Positions 49,885 to 63,554 of a DNA stretch of 64,000 bases are shown here, piece by piece. The number at the start of each line of letters is the position of its first letter. Positions within the stretch are counted from its first letter, which is position 1. The stretch lies in assembly GCF_039654945.1 (NCBI RefSeq), contig NW_027361863.1, positions 1,612,001 to 1,676,000 on the forward strand. The letters are read 5' to 3'. The translations under genes and the position numbers were made by a program. A model generated the notes under the pieces. It was not told the DNA's origin. It made no database searches and was given only the letters and a program-made list of their open reading frames with translations. This stretch comes from Dendrobates tinctorius (lineage: Eukaryota).

Positions 49885-49967
49885 ATGTACCTCTGGAGAG
49901 CATTACTGTTTATCAGACGGCCCAGCATCCCGATATACGATCCTCTCTGACAGATTATTTCACCAAG
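49885..49967 (+). CDS. UROS: UROS coding exon 7 (NVPLESITVYQTAQHPDIRSSLTDYFTK)
   Basis: 83 nt; tacag|AT...AAG|gtattc; ESITVYQT with the catalytic Tyr. Confidence 0.96.
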
Positions 49968-52149
49968 GTATTCATGTTAACGGCGCAGCGTTACAAGGCC
50001 TAATAAATGTTCCAGTTATACTTCCTCATAAACAATACATATATATATATATATATATACACCACTGCTGTGCTTTGTGAGTCTCTGCATTTTACACCTC
50101 AGCTTTGTCAATGCTTCTTTGGTAACTCGTGGTTTATTTCTTTTATTGATAGTTGCTGAATTCTCTTACGTTTCATCAGAAGGCCTCTAACGATTACTTG
50201 GAGGCACATAATGTAAACTCTCGCTTTATTATTCCAAAATAATTCCTGCTGAGGGACAACTACTGTCTGCAAACTGCTAAAATATTTAAAAGGCGTTATC
50301 TGCTTTTGAAAATTCCTTTATTTTTTTCCTTCTTTGGGCTACCGGGAGAAAATGAACTTATTACCTACCGAAAGCCGCCGGCTTTCAGTCATGGGGGTGT
50401 GCACGAGTGACAACTTTCACTGCTCACTATGCTGTGTAACGGCTGTAAGCACGGTCCGGCACTCTGATTGACAGCTGGCTCTGCGGCATATCTGTGCAGA
50501 GTGAGCTGTCAGTCAAAGTCCCAGGGCGAGCTTGCAGCCTCTAAATAGGATAAGGAGCGGTGACTGAAATCACCGCATGACTGAAATCCGGCGGGCCTCT
50601 GAAGGAAATAAGCTTTTCTACCGGTAGCCAGCTGCATTTTCAGTAAACATTGTAACTCTGCTCACCTGCAGATTAACCCTTTATCTTCCGGTAAGTAGCA
50701 TTTTAGGGGGTGACAGGTTACAATACCTATGGGAGCAGCAGGAATAAAAGAACATAAACTGGGCACTTCTGACCTGGTGACAGCTCGTCTTTGTTCTTTA
50801 ACTAGACTGCTTTATATACACATTTAGCTTTTTCCCTCCCTCCACATGCATGCGGCAGTCATTTCCTTACAGTACACCTGAGTCAATATGAGCCGTCCAA
50901 ACGTCAGCAATTTACTAAGCGGAAGAATCAAGGCTTTTATACAAGGATTAAGGTTAGGTTCAGGATTATCAGAAGGGACATGGCTGACCTGACCTATTGC
51001 TGACATTATTGAGTTCACGTCTCGCAGGATTGCGCGCCATGATGCAAGTTTCTCAACCTTTTGAGATACAGGTAAAAGACACATGTATTGCAGTCACATA
51101 GCTGCTTGTAGGACGGATGGCCTATGGTAGGCTAATAGATCTGGAACCCTTAGTCCAATTCCACGGTTACAAGTTTTGGAGGACCACCCAAAGTGTTTTG
51201 AGTTTCTATTTTTTTTTCAGTATTATTTATTTTTGTGTGTGTTTAGTTTCTTCTCCATTTACTTTTTAAAGATTGTGGCACAAACGATTCCTGAGTACAA
51301 CACTCCGCTATCTCCTTCACTCCTCTACACTATGGATAGAGAGGAGGCGCAAACGCTCGACCCCCACTGTATTGAGGCTGGGAATTGGGGACCCTTATGA
51401 TCAGTGGGGGTCACAGTATTCGGAATACCCCTATAAATCAGCAACGTTTATTATCTAGTGATAATATATATTAAAACATTTAAAAAAAAAAAAAAAAGAA
51501 ACACGGTCTACATAGGTGGGTCCAAAAATTATCCTGAGAGGATATAAGCCAGGAAAAGTACTCCAGTATGAAAAGCAAAAAGGTGGTGGCAGCACCCCAA
51601 GGATAAAGGTGAGTCTTTGTTCACCTGTAATACAACTTAATAAAGCCTTGGGAAAGCCAAAATGTTGCATCCTAGATAGAAATGAGTGACTAGATTTGCA
51701 GGATCCTGCCTCCGTCCGGGAGCGCTGCGGACCACCTCCTACGTGTTGGAATCCCCAGCGCAACGTCATCCTGCTACGTTACGCACACATGACGTCCGCC
51801 TGGTCTACTGATCGAGCACAGGCCCCAGGGTTCCCTAGAGTAGGAGGAGGTTCCTGTCTAGCATGCGCGGACCACTGATATGTACCCCCTGGTCCAGGGT
51901 CTGAGTCATCTCTAATTCTGGCTGAATAAATACATACACGGTTTTCACCTTCTATCCTTGGAGAGCTGCCTCCATAGTGTTGCATTGAAGTGACAATATA
52001 ATATATTTTCCCTACTGGGATTCATTCAACAGTGGACGTCCAGCGATAACCAAGCGAGGACCCTCGTCACGGTGTTTACAGACGTCTTTCTAATCCATTG
52101 GTTCCAGGCAAGATTATAATGTAACCCCTACTAAACTCCCTCTCTTTAG

Positions 52150-52251
52150 GAAGGTATCCCTGGAAGCATTGTGTTTTTCAGCCCGTCGGGAGTGAAATTT
52201 TGTCTCAAACTTGTCCAGCAGCTATCAAATGATCGAGTAAATCAAATTAAG
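52150..52251 (+). CDS. UROS: UROS coding exon 8 (EGIPGSIVFFSPSGVKFCLKLVQQLSNDRVNQIK)
   Basis: 102 nt; ctttag|GAA...AAG|gtaaaa; FFSPSG motif. Confidence 0.95.
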
Positions 52252-52348
52252 GTAAAAACCAATCCTATAGATACAAATCTATAGATACAAATATGCAACA
52301 TCCATATAAAGCATAAAAATCCCTGTAACTCTGCTTATTCTGTCCTAG

Positions 52349-52474
52349 TTTGCTGCAATTGGTCCAACGACATCCGAGGCAATGGTGGCGGGAGGCCTAG
52401 CTGTTAGCTGCACCGCACGAAACCCCACACCCCAGGACCTGGCGGATGGACTAAAGCGCTGTCTGACCCCATAA
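52349..52474 (+). CDS. UROS: UROS last coding exon ([41 protein letters not shown])
   Basis: cctag|TTT...TAA; AAIGPTT motif; joined CDS is 783 nt, 260 aa, with no internal stop. Confidence 0.96.
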   Translation, partial: FAAIGPTTSEAMVAGGLAVSCTARNPTPQDLADGLKRCLTP

Positions 52475-52619
52475 AATGCATTCTGGACGGTCCGATATTC
52501 ACAGGACATGAATCTAATGATGATTATACTTCCATTTACTGGAAAAATATCTATTTACTTAAACATATGGAAAATATAATTTTTGTCTTGGTTATAGGAT
52601 TTTTCGATGTACACATCAT

Positions 52620-52625
52620 AATAAA
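52620..52625 (+). terminator. Candidate UROS polyadenylation signal AATAAA
   Basis: first AATAAA about 145 nt after the stop. Confidence 0.5.
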
Positions 52626-52956
52626 GTAATAGACGTAGGGAGAGGATCTGATGATGATGAGGCTACTGTACAGTCTATGATTTGTATATTGCACATATTA
52701 AATGACCTCATTAGGCTTTTCTTCTGACCCCCTAACCTAAAGGCTGTCCTTATAAGAGATTAATGTGAAATGTGAGAAAATAAAAAATATTTATTTTTTA
52801 AAATGTTTTTTTCTGTGTGTGTATCATATACTGCAAAGATAAATCAATAGTGTGAGCCAATATCCAAATCTTTGTGCTATATCTAATCATAAAAATATGC
52901 TTATTTCTCCACTTGTGAACCACTTCTCATTTTTTCTGCCTCTTGAACATTGATTC

Positions 52957-53340
52957 AGATTAATGCTGCCTATTAAAGTCTATGGAGAAGGAAAAGGAGT
53001 CAAAAAAGACTGTACTGCTGCTTTCTACCAGGTGCTGGATTCACATCTACATCATAGAGTACAGCTGTATCATTTGTTCCATGCTGCTGCAGCTTCTGAA
53101 GATTTTGCCTGCCTCCTGAACCCATCAAAATGAGATATGATCAAGACCAGATGGACTGAGGGTTTAGATTAATGCTGCTTGTTAAAGTCTATGGAGAATA
53201 AAAAGGCAAGGAAGAGTCAAAGGACCTGGGCTGCTGCTTTCTAGTAGTTGTTTCTCACCCGAGTTCTGGGTTCACATCTACACTACAAAGTACTGCTTTA
53301 TCGTGTCCTTCATGAAGCTGCTGCAACTTCTGAAGATGTG
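52957..53340. repeat. Diverged direct duplication, about 209-bp spacing
   Basis: AGATTAATGCTGC..TTAAAGTCTATGGAGAA...TTCACATCTACA...CTTCTGAAGAT at 52957 and 53166. Confidence 0.75.
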
Positions 53341-56300
53341 CTACACGGGGACAGGAGAGTAGGAATCCCTCATGTCTGTGTATGAGAGATATGAAACAAA
53401 TCATTTTTTTTTTTTTTTTTTTTTTTTGTTCTCTCTTTTTGAGTAATTTTTGGTAAAGCCCTCCTCTCTTGCATCATACTTTGCTTCGTTGTCATTTTAA
53501 TTTCCCAACTGAAATTTCTCAAGAAATATGCTATGTGAACCCAGAGATGAGTCAAAGTGAATCTGTCACCGTTTTTATTGCTGTTTCATCTGTCAGCAAC
53601 CTAAAATAGGGGCAGAGAACCTGATTCTAATGCTGGGTCACTTACTGGGCTTCTTGCTGTAGTTTTGATAAAAATCACTGTTTTATTTGCTAGTTATCTC
53701 CATGTTCTGCCTCTCTATTGCCGAGTCTGCCAAAAACATCTGGGAAAACCCCAAAACCTGCCCGCAACGGCGAACATAAAAAAAAAAAAACAGGCAAACT
53801 CCTAAAATAGAATTTAAAGGTGCAAATTAAAATAAGAATTTGGAGCGAATGAAAAACAATCCGAAAAACCAAAGGTTAAACAAAAAGCAAGTGCAAATGA
53901 AATAATGACGCAGATCCTATGTTTTTTCTTTTCTTTTTCTAGATGGAAACCAGGCATTTTTGAGCTGCTTGTTGTATGTGAAGAATGTGCAGGTGGATGG
54001 TGCAGGCTGTTTGCCATCACCTGATTTCTGTACAAACCTGTGCAAACTGAGCAACAGGAAACAACTTTTACTCCTCCATCATGTAAAGTGTGCCGGGCAA
54101 ACACATGGCAGGAGGTCACTTTCTATGTAATTTACACATCCCTGTCCATTCTATAGAGGATGATGGAGCATTAGTCCCCCCTATACTAATCTGTGCCATG
54201 CTGGGGTCACCAGTGCTCTATTAAAGAGGAATTCTTAGATGTCATTGATTCCCCTTTAAATGGAAATCTGCATGATACATATAAGTATTTCCATTGCCGA
54301 CCTTCCCTAAAATCCGGACCCATATTTAGGGCCATTTTTCCTTCCTGTGCGCTGCCATATCATGCCCATTGGCCTTCAGTTTTGTCCTATCGCTTTTCTT
54401 CTTCTTCCAGCCCTAGCCTTTGCCTATATGTAGTTACTGATGCTGAGATGTTGCTCTGACCTGGGAGTTATCCACCTTTTTTGGGATTTTATTTTCTTAA
54501 CTTAAATGCATGTATTTGGGTCTAAAAATCATTTTGACAATTGGGTTTCATTAGAAATTTTGTACCGTTTGGCTTTTACAGGCTCCTTTTTTTTGTTTGT
54601 TTCTCTACACATATAACTTTAATGTGGTCTGTGGTCATAAATCAGATGAGAGGAGCTCAGAAAAAGATCTTACAATCTCCCCGTCAGACTCGTTATAGAG
54701 GGCTGACTGACAGATTCTCAGTTAACTCCTTTTACAGTCAGAGCAACACAGAGGTACAAAAGGCAACATTTTTATTGAAATAATTGCAAAAATTATTTTT
54801 AGTCCCAATTACATGCACTTACATAAAAAAAAAATTGTCTACAAAGGCAAACAACCCCTTAAAGTCCTGTGCCAGCCATTCAGATGCTCATCATAGAGTG
54901 CCCACTGCCATGTAATGACATTAAAGGGATCTTTTTTTTTTTTTACATGTGTACTTAGCGGTATGGTTGTAAAGGAGCTGGCACCACGGTAAAAATGACA
55001 CCACTTTTGTAGAGATCCGATGTGTCAGTCATGAGAAATTTAAAGTAAAAACTATATGCAAATCAGAGTGGACGTGCACTGGGGGGCGTGTCAGTGCACT
55101 AGGAAAGAGCACTGCACGCCCCCTGTGCACTTCAATCCTAATTTGCATATTATTTTTATGCTGGATTTCTGGAGATGGGCAAATGGGATCTCTACAATAA
55201 TGGTATCATTTTTCTTGGAGAAGAAGCACATACACAGTCGAACCACCACTTCTGTACGTAAGTACATGCAAACGGGTTCCCTTTAAATATCGTGCAGTCG
55301 ATAGAAAAAAAAAACGATATTTTAAAGGACACAATCGCCACCTTGTCCATTTACTTTCCATAAAATTATCGCTCTAGTTCTGTTTTTTTTTTTTTAAATT
55401 TGTGATTATGTTGGATAATAAATCTCCAGAAAAGACATAATTACAGCGACACCAATTTTTTTCCATACGAAAAAAAAAAATAATAATGTGAAAATGCTCC
55501 CAATCCAGACGTTACATAAAAACCCAATTTACGGTCTCTCCAGTTTATTTACCTAGTAAATCTCCTTTTGCCGCCCCGGTATAAAGCTCTTTATTTTTAG
55601 GCATTTTCAGAGTAAAATGGATTTGTTTGTGATTACCGCCAAGAGGATAATGAAGGGTAATCTAGTCTTCGAGTAGCATTAGTCTTTTGTGCCAAGCTGA
55701 GATTATTACAAAAAATCCACTAAATTGTCCTCGTGTATTGAATCGCCTATTGTCCGCTAAATATAAAAAAAAATATATATAGCGGTATTAGTCGGCGTGT
55801 CCTTGTGTTTGTGACGGCGATATTGCCAACTCTACAGCTCCTAGGGGGTTGACGATTCAGATTCTCTGAAGAGCATCTGTCAGCACAAAACGACTGTTCA
55901 AACCAAGCCCAGGAGCTTGGTGCACCCTTGGTGTGGCCGAGCAGTTCAGCGCACCTTCCCATCTACTTTTCTTGCCTCTATCTTCTTCCTTGATTGACAC
56001 CTTTGGCTTTACAGGAACCATAGAAGGGCAAAGATATATGGAAAACAAATAGGTGGGAAGGGGAGCTCTTGTGCTTTGTTTGAACAGTTGTTGTGTGCTG
56101 ACAGACTCATGCATATCGCTGTATTAGGACTCCGCGCTTTTGCGTTACAGTACAGAGCCATAATACCTTTCCCACAGAAGTGTATGAGGGTTTACTGTAT
56201 GTATAAAACCAACAGAAAATATGGAGGCACAATATTCTTTAGTATGGAGACTTTGGGGACTGTGCGTTGCCATACAGTATCCATGCACACCGCTGTGATC

Positions 56301-57448
56301 TGTGCAGCAAAAAAAGGAGTTTTCCACCTGACTTAAACACAAACCAGAGTAAGGTAAAATAATAAAGAACATCCACTGTACTAATCCCCCATTAACTTTT
56401 CTTCCAAGGCTGCCTATAAACTGTCGACTCCCTCAGCCAATATCTAGCCGCAACGGTGACCAATATGTCACTGCTGCAACCATTCACTGGCTGCAGTGGT
56501 CCCAAGTCCTTCTGGGTGTACATAGCCAATCCTGGGACAGGATGCACGGAGATTGGCGGGGGACTGGGGCATCTTTTCAGAGGAGGCCTTTATTTATTTT
56601 TTTTGCCTGCATGATTTTCATGTATTATTGGAGGAACAGGAAATATTTGGAAAAGTAGAATGACGACCATGTTATGGGCTGACACCGCTTCATTAAAGGG
56701 GTTGTCCTACCTTAACTCGATATGACTGCGAACATGCCCACACTGGGCGTGGTCAGGATTCTCTGATGACGGGAGCAGGTAATTTGCATACATGCGGACA
56801 ATCCAACTGGCGCGTATGCAGCGTGACCCATGCAATCCCATAACTGCGCGCTCCCGAAACTGGAGAATCTGGACAGTGTGAACGCTGGACGCTGTGAGGA
56901 TTCACAAGTCTGCAGTCATATAGAGAGACTGCAGACTTGTACCCCAAGGCCAAACAAACCCTTAAAATATCTTTCTGTGCCCATACAGTTTGTGTTGATT
57001 CGTTGAACAATCTCTGATCGACCTGTTTATAGTCAATCAGTGCTCGTTTATGGGCAGATATCAGCCGCTTCTAAATAGACCTTTTATCTACCACCTGTTT
57101 GGCGGTTGCCTGCTATAGAGCTCACTATGAATGATGATAAAAGGTGGGGGCTTCTTAAAGCGAATCAGTAGGGTCAACCCTCCTGTGAGCATGCAGTGTC
57201 AGTCATTACATGTCTCACTGGTAATGCCCCCTTTCATGTAAAATAAGCTCTGGAGGCGGATTCTCAAGGAGATCTATGTCCTGCCCATAGATCTTAAGCG
57301 CTCATTTACATATTAAAAAAATGAGCATTTCTCTGGAATAAAACCTCAGATCGCAGATATCAAAGTATCATTTTATTCAGTCTTCTGTGACCTGCATGCC
57401 CAAATAGACAGCCTCATAGGGTTGATCCTACTGACAGATTCTCTTTAA

Positions 57449-57613
57449 GGCCGGGGTCACACTTGCGAGAAACTCGCACGAGTCTCGCGTCTCAATACCC
57501 GGCACTCGGGACCGGAGTGTGCAGCTGCATAGAAATACATGCAGCCGCACACTCCGGTCCGCAGTGCCGGGTATTGAGACTCGTGTGAGTTTCTCGCAAG
57601 TGTGACCCCGGCC
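57449..57613. mobile_element. Harbinger-type hairpin MITE (165 bp), abutting a T2-like MITE (about 57158-57444)
   Basis: TAA|GGCCGGGGTCACACTTGCGAGAAACTC ... GAGTTTCTCGCAAGTGTGACCCCGGCC|TAA. Confidence 0.9.
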
Positions 57614-59760
57614 TAAGAGTTGAAGTCCCCTGAGTTCCTTGACTGTGTGCCCACAAATGGGTTATGAGCTGCGTGCGGATGAACAAGACCTGAGAGTCTG
57701 GATCATGCATTATGGATGTATCTACACCCCATTCCCTTTATCCTTTCCGATCATTTTGTTGATCTTGATGGACGCGTCTTTTTTCAAACTCCTTATGTAA
57801 CAATATTCCAGTAAGACTATAAGCCGGCACTGCGACCTTCATGAGAAAACTCTGTATTTACTGTAACGTTATTCCATACGTGGTCCTCGACACTGACGCG
57901 TTTCGGATGTAGATATTGTAATCAGCGGTTTTAAGTCTTTCTATGGATTACTTTGGCCAGCATGGTTTTTGCCAAGAGGTTTCCTTTAACAACAGTAAAT
58001 TATTCATTTAACAGAGTTGTCCTCCTTTGGGGGGGGGGGGGAACAATTCTTGTAAACTTAAATACGTGTATGTTAAATATCATTTTTGCAATTAGATTTC
58101 ATTAAAAATGTTGAACCATTTGCCCGGATGCAGAATGCGTTAACAGAGTATCTGTCAGTGAGCTCCTTGTTTTAGACGTCTTTTTCTGAGCTCCTCTCCA
58201 CTAATTTATGATCACAAACCACAGCAACGTTGAACTCTCCGAACTTTTTGGAGCGGTTCATCCAATATCCGGACTACTGGCGACCACATGGAACGTGTTT
58301 TTCCAAGATGTCCTTTTTCCTCGTTGAGGTTTCTTTCCGTGGTTGTATACATCCATCTTGGAGTTGGTTGTCCAATTTATCTTTTTTACTTAAACTCTTA
58401 CGGGCATAATTTTCTTATCTAATGAGCTGGGTCTTCTCATAATATGTAGAATTCCAAAGCAGAAGGTTAAATTATCTCCAGAGGCTTTACATAACCCTCG
58501 CCATATCAATGACGGGTCTGACGGATAATGGATCTGAGTTTCCAGACTCATTGTACTCGGATGCACCTAATTCTTATGATCTGTGATACTTCTGCAAACT
58601 CATTAATGTTTTTTTTTCTTGTCTTCAGCCTCTTAAAAATGGGGCAATTTTTTCTTGTTTTTCGTGTTTTCATTTTCCCACCTCTTCTTCGAAGATCCAT
58701 AACTTAGGGGTGATTTTTTTTATTTTTTTGCGTTTTTATTTTCCCTCCTCTTCTACCAAAATCCATAACTTTTTCTAATTACATAGCCTTAAGAAGGCTT
58801 TTTTTTGTTTCTTGCAGGGCGATTTATAGTTTTGGAATGACACCATTCAATTTAACATTAAACCTTACTGGAAAAAAAAAACGGGAACAAATTTCCAAGT
58901 GTTGTGAAACTGCGCTATGATTTTTTTTGTTTGTTTGTTTTTTAGGCCATTCATTCAGGGATAAATATGACTCTAAAACACGGTTCTCCAGGTCAGTACG
59001 ATTTATGGAGATAGTTGTGATTTTTTTTTTTCACCACTTAAAAAAAAAATTGTAAAAAAAAATTTTTGGTTTCACGACATTTTTTTTGAGACCTGTAACA
59101 CTTTTATTTTTCCGTTGATTGAGCTGTGGCAGGGCTGATTTGTTTTTGTTTTTTTTGCTTGGCGCTATTGATATCAATATATGAAATCACCATTTCTCCC
59201 ACCTCCCGAAAGACGTGGATGCACCTCCTGCAACACTGAAACTGGTGGCCGAAGGAGGTCAAATTATGAATGCAAAAAGTGCCACAGCACGATCTGCCTG
59301 TACCATGCACATCTGATCTGCCGACTTTGCTTCCTATGTTTCTTCTGCTGAACATGTAACCTCTGAATCTGAGTGAATAGTAATCAAGTAACATCAGAGT
59401 GCATTATAATTAATATTTTTTTTTCTCCTAATTTTAATGCTTAGTCATGAAAACTGGAGGATATTTGTAGGTGGTTGAGAAATTTGGTACTTTTTTGTTT
59501 TCATAGGTTTATGGTTAATAAATTATTTTTTTTCTGATTTTTGTCTACTCTCTTTTAATAGATCCCTATGAAGGTCACCGATTACTTTTAGAGTCCTGAA
59601 ATTGAGATAATTAGATTTTATAGGTGGCTTTATACAGTAACCTGTACCTGTCAGGCACACTGCGCCTGAACTGGGGAGTGCCAGAGGTGGTGCGCCTGAC
59701 GAAGGGTAAAATGCATAAAATCACTCCGGGTGGGGGAAGCCTGAATACAATATTTCCATC

Positions 59761-60267
59761 TTTTTTTTGTTAAATCTCTTGTTTATTGAGTTTTGTATTT
59801 TAAATTACAGAAGGTACAATAATCATATACAATAAGTACAGTTAGCACTATAAGTACCTTTAAGGGTATAGATAAGCCAAACATTACATAGTAACATAGT
59901 TATTAAGCTTGAAGGGAGACTTTAAGTCCATCTAGTTCAACCCATATCCTATCCTAACTTGCCCTAACATGTTGATCCAGAGGAAATATTTTTAAAGAAA
60001 TATGATATACAACTAGTAAAAGTATAAAGAAGAAGCATTACATTACATCGTACCACTTCAAGATCCTCTTTTTCATATTGACATGACCCTTCTGTGTTTC
60101 TAGTAATATTAATACTAGTATCCATATTTTTGTTTTTGTGAACCACATAAATGGATAAGCATATCTAGTATATTTGCTATTAGTAAGCTTATAGAATAGA
60201 ATAAGTATTGAACTTCTAGACGAGCGGGTCCAGAAATACCCATCTTATCTATATTTGATAGTATAGA

Positions 60268-60304
<37 letters not shown>

Positions 60305-62527
60305 AAAGGAAGGAAAAAGAAGAAAAAAGGTTGGTATAAGAAAAGTTAGAATTGACGAAAGAAGGAGAAAAGAGAAAATTGGAGGAATAAGGGAAGGGGG
60401 AATAGGGATGGGGGGGTGGGGATAGGATCGGGGCAAGAGGAAATCCCACACCATCCTTTAACCTGTGTGGCTTCAAATGAACAACCTCTGGAAGTTAGGG
60501 GAATTACGGAATACAATCCATTCACACCAAGTCACATTGAATATATCTTGTGTGTTAAAGCATTCAGCTGCCAGCTCTTCCATACGAAAGATCATAGATA
60601 GTTCCTCATACCAATCTCGTATAGATGGTTGTTCTGTCGTTTTCCAGAGCCTCGGGATAATTGCACGAGCCGCAGCTACGCAAAACCTTAAGATGTCTTT
60701 TTTAATGTGGTTCGGAGAACCTGGGAGCATAGACAGTAGCGCCACTTCAGGGGTCCCCACAATAGTTATACCTGTAATCAACGTATAATTTCCGAAAACT
60801 TTATCCCAGAAACCGCGTATCTTCCCGCAATCCCACCAGATATGTAGTATGGTTCCTGTCTCTGCGTCCTGTCTCTCACTTATCAGAATATGAAGAGGAA
60901 ATTTTGCTAAGCTGGCTTGGACAATAATACCACCTTGTTAGGACTTTATAATTTCTTTCCTGCGCTACACATGGGGATTACTTGAAGTGAGTACAAAAGA
61001 AGCTCCCCTTCCAGTCCTCCTCTGTATATTCTCTACCCAACTCTCTCTCCCAAGCTAGTTGGTAAGAACATTTTTCCTTTTTTGTTTCTAAAATCATATT
61101 CTGATAGAGCACGGATATTGCGTGTGTCGGCGGCGAGCTAGCAAGGAACAACCTTTCAAGCGAGCAAGGAGTAGAGCAAACTCTGCATGGATAAGTTGCC
61201 GATGAAAGAAACGATCTAAGTTGTACACTCAAGCCAATTCACCTGTAAGAAGGGCCCCCTCTGACGAAGCTCGGTAAGGGTAGGGATATTCCCATCTGAT
61301 AGTATCTGTCCCAATCGGATCCCCTCCACACTCGTCCAGCCCAGGAACGCCTGCCTGTTCATGCCCGGTGGAACGTCAGGATTACAAAAAAGAGGCGCTA
61401 ATAGGCTAAGAGTGCCCTCAGGTATGTAAGTGCATCTGAACGCATGCCAGGTCCTTAAGGTAGCTAAAGTGATCTCCGCTTCTGGTCCCAGCTTTCCAGT
61501 AGTTATTGGATCAATCCAGGGAAGGTGATGCAAAGGTATCCCCAAGCCCTCCTGCTCGACCCCCACCCATTTTTTAACATTTGATCTGAACTGCCAATCA
61601 AGCAGTCGGACAAACGCTGTAGCCCGGAAGTAGGTCTTAAAATCAGGCAAACCCGCACCTCCATTTCTCCTTGGTGCCATCAAAATCTTCAATTTTATTC
61701 TTGGTCTCAGTCCACCCCACACAAACCTAGTTATAACTGCGTTAAGTTTTGTAAAGAAGCTCCCAGGAAGATGAACAGGGGCTGTTTGGAATACGTATAG
61801 GAACCGTGGAAGGATATCCATACGTACTACATTGATTCTCCCCCACCATGACAATTTTAATGACTTATAGGAAGCCAACTGCTCCTCTACCTGTGAAAGT
61901 AGCGCAAAGTGGTTGTAGGAGCTAAGCTTCGCCAAATCAGTTGGGATACAAATCCCTAGATATTTAATTAAATCCTCCTTCCACCGAAAAGGAAAGTTAG
62001 CTTTAAGCTGGTGTACCTCTACTGAGGAGAGAGATATGTTCATGGCCTCTGACTTTGAATAATTGACTTTAAAATTGCTTAAGGCACCAAATTTCTCAAA
62101 TTCCCTCAAAATACTTGGAAAGGAAGTGTGGGGTCTGGACACATACATTAATAAGTCATCAGCAAATAGTGCCGTTTTATGTTGCGTTTTGCCTATTTGA
62201 ATACCATGTATATCACTGTTATTCCGTATGGCCACTGCTAGATGCTCCATTACAATGACATATAAGAGCGGGGATAGTGGACACCCCTGCCTTGTCCCGT
62301 TACCAATACTGAAGGAGTCTGATAACACCCCATTGACCCTGACTCTTGCAGAAGGTTTTGAATACAAAGTAAAGACTTTAGACATGAATCGCGGACCCAT
62401 TCCGATCTGTCGCAGCGCCTCCCTCATAAAGCCCCAATGAACTCTGTCAAATGCTTTTTTGGCATCGACTAACAACAGGCAGACCGGTAATTTCCTGTTT
62501 TTGGCTTTATGCATCAGAAGTAATGTT
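59761..62527 (-). mobile_element. 5'-truncated L1-clade LINE (ORF2 RT and C-terminus, 3' UTR, polyA) with TSD
   Basis: ORF 61216-62514: DAKKAFDRV, GTRQGCPLSP, LFADD; AATAAA plus polyA at 59761-59787; TSD ATATTTCCA(T/A)CTTTTT at 59750 and 62528. Confidence 0.93.
59887..59985 (-). mobile_element. Short CR1/L2-type 3' fragment of a second subfamily, nested in the L1 3' UTR
   Basis: CATAGTAACATAGT tail plus TTGAAGGGAGAC...GTCCATCTAGTTCAACC. Confidence 0.55.
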
Positions 62528-63020
62528 ATATTTCCAACTTTTTAAAAAAAATAAAAATAGGTAACATTTGATGAATCAGGCGTAAAACATCTGCAATCCC
62601 TAAACCACACCCATAGTGGCAAACCAAAGGGGAAAAAAAAAAAGGCAAAAACACATAAAATAGACTTTTAAAACAGGCACAAATGGAAAAAATAAATTTG
62701 GTGCATGTAAAAAAAAAAAAAAAAATTGCATAACACTGAAAACTCAACAGAAAAATAGTCGCAGATGCAATAATGAATTGGTCCCGTAGGTTCGTAAGAT
62801 CCTGAAACGAGATGGAGGCCTGCAGAGACATGACCTCTTGGAAAAACCAAAAGTCAAACAATTGTACAGAGGACACACGTTGGCACCAAACTGTTACCCC
62901 TGTAGGTTTGTACGGCCCTGACACATCCTAGGCACACTTTGGGGACTGAGTGTTGAACAAATAATGGCAAAAAGTGCATCGCTGCTGGGCATGAAAATCA
63001 CAACTCATTAGTCATCGGTC

Positions 63021-63028
63021 TATAAAAG
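63021..63028 (+). promoter_or_regulatory. TATA box of MMP21
   Basis: TATAAAAG 81 bp upstream of the ATG. Confidence 0.7.
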
Positions 63029-63101
63029 GAACGAGAAGTGAGATCATCCGGAGAAGAAGCACTGCGCAGAAATTGGTGGAGGATCTTGGATTGATCTAAA
63101 C

Positions 63102-63257
63102 ATGAAGCTTGACGTCCTCCTAATCCTGATCTTCCATTGTTCAACGGTGTCCAGATTCGGAAACTCTGAAAAACTTTTCCATAGGAGAGATCACTCCGAT
63201 ATGGAGGCATCGAATCTCCAGCTAGCAGAGCTGGTCACAGATTTTGTCTCGGCACAG
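63102..63257 (+). CDS. MMP21: Matrix metallopeptidase 21, exon 1 (signal peptide + SEKLFHRRDHSD)
   Basis: hydrophobic leader; EKLFHxRDxSD is characteristic of MMP21; donor CAG|gtcagt; synteny with UROS. Confidence 0.93.
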
Positions 63258-63554
63258 GTCAGTTCCACTAAGTGGGGTTTCGGTCTGTGGCTCCTACTCC
63301 TGGCATGCCTCATCATCCTGCTGTTGGGGTGCACTGGTCAACTGAGCATATTTGCTACTTTTACCCGTGCATAAATATATGTGATGGAATTTGGAACTGT
63401 ATATCAGGGACCATTAGAAATTTAAAGGGTTAAAAAAAAATCTATTCTAAAAATACGAGCTACATCCTTCTTTGGGTTCTATTTCTATTTTTGAAAACTT
63501 AGCCTTCTATCAATGCCCTGTGCTTAATTTTATTCCCTTACATATATGTTTTAG

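Noticed and set aside
51480-52125. Possible Penelope-like or other insertion in UROS intron before coding exon 8
   Set aside because: No TSD, TIR, ORF or hammerhead motif I could verify
52265-52292. 14-bp tandem duplication CTATAGATACAAAT in the 97-nt last UROS intron
   Set aside because: Simple slippage with no evident functional consequence
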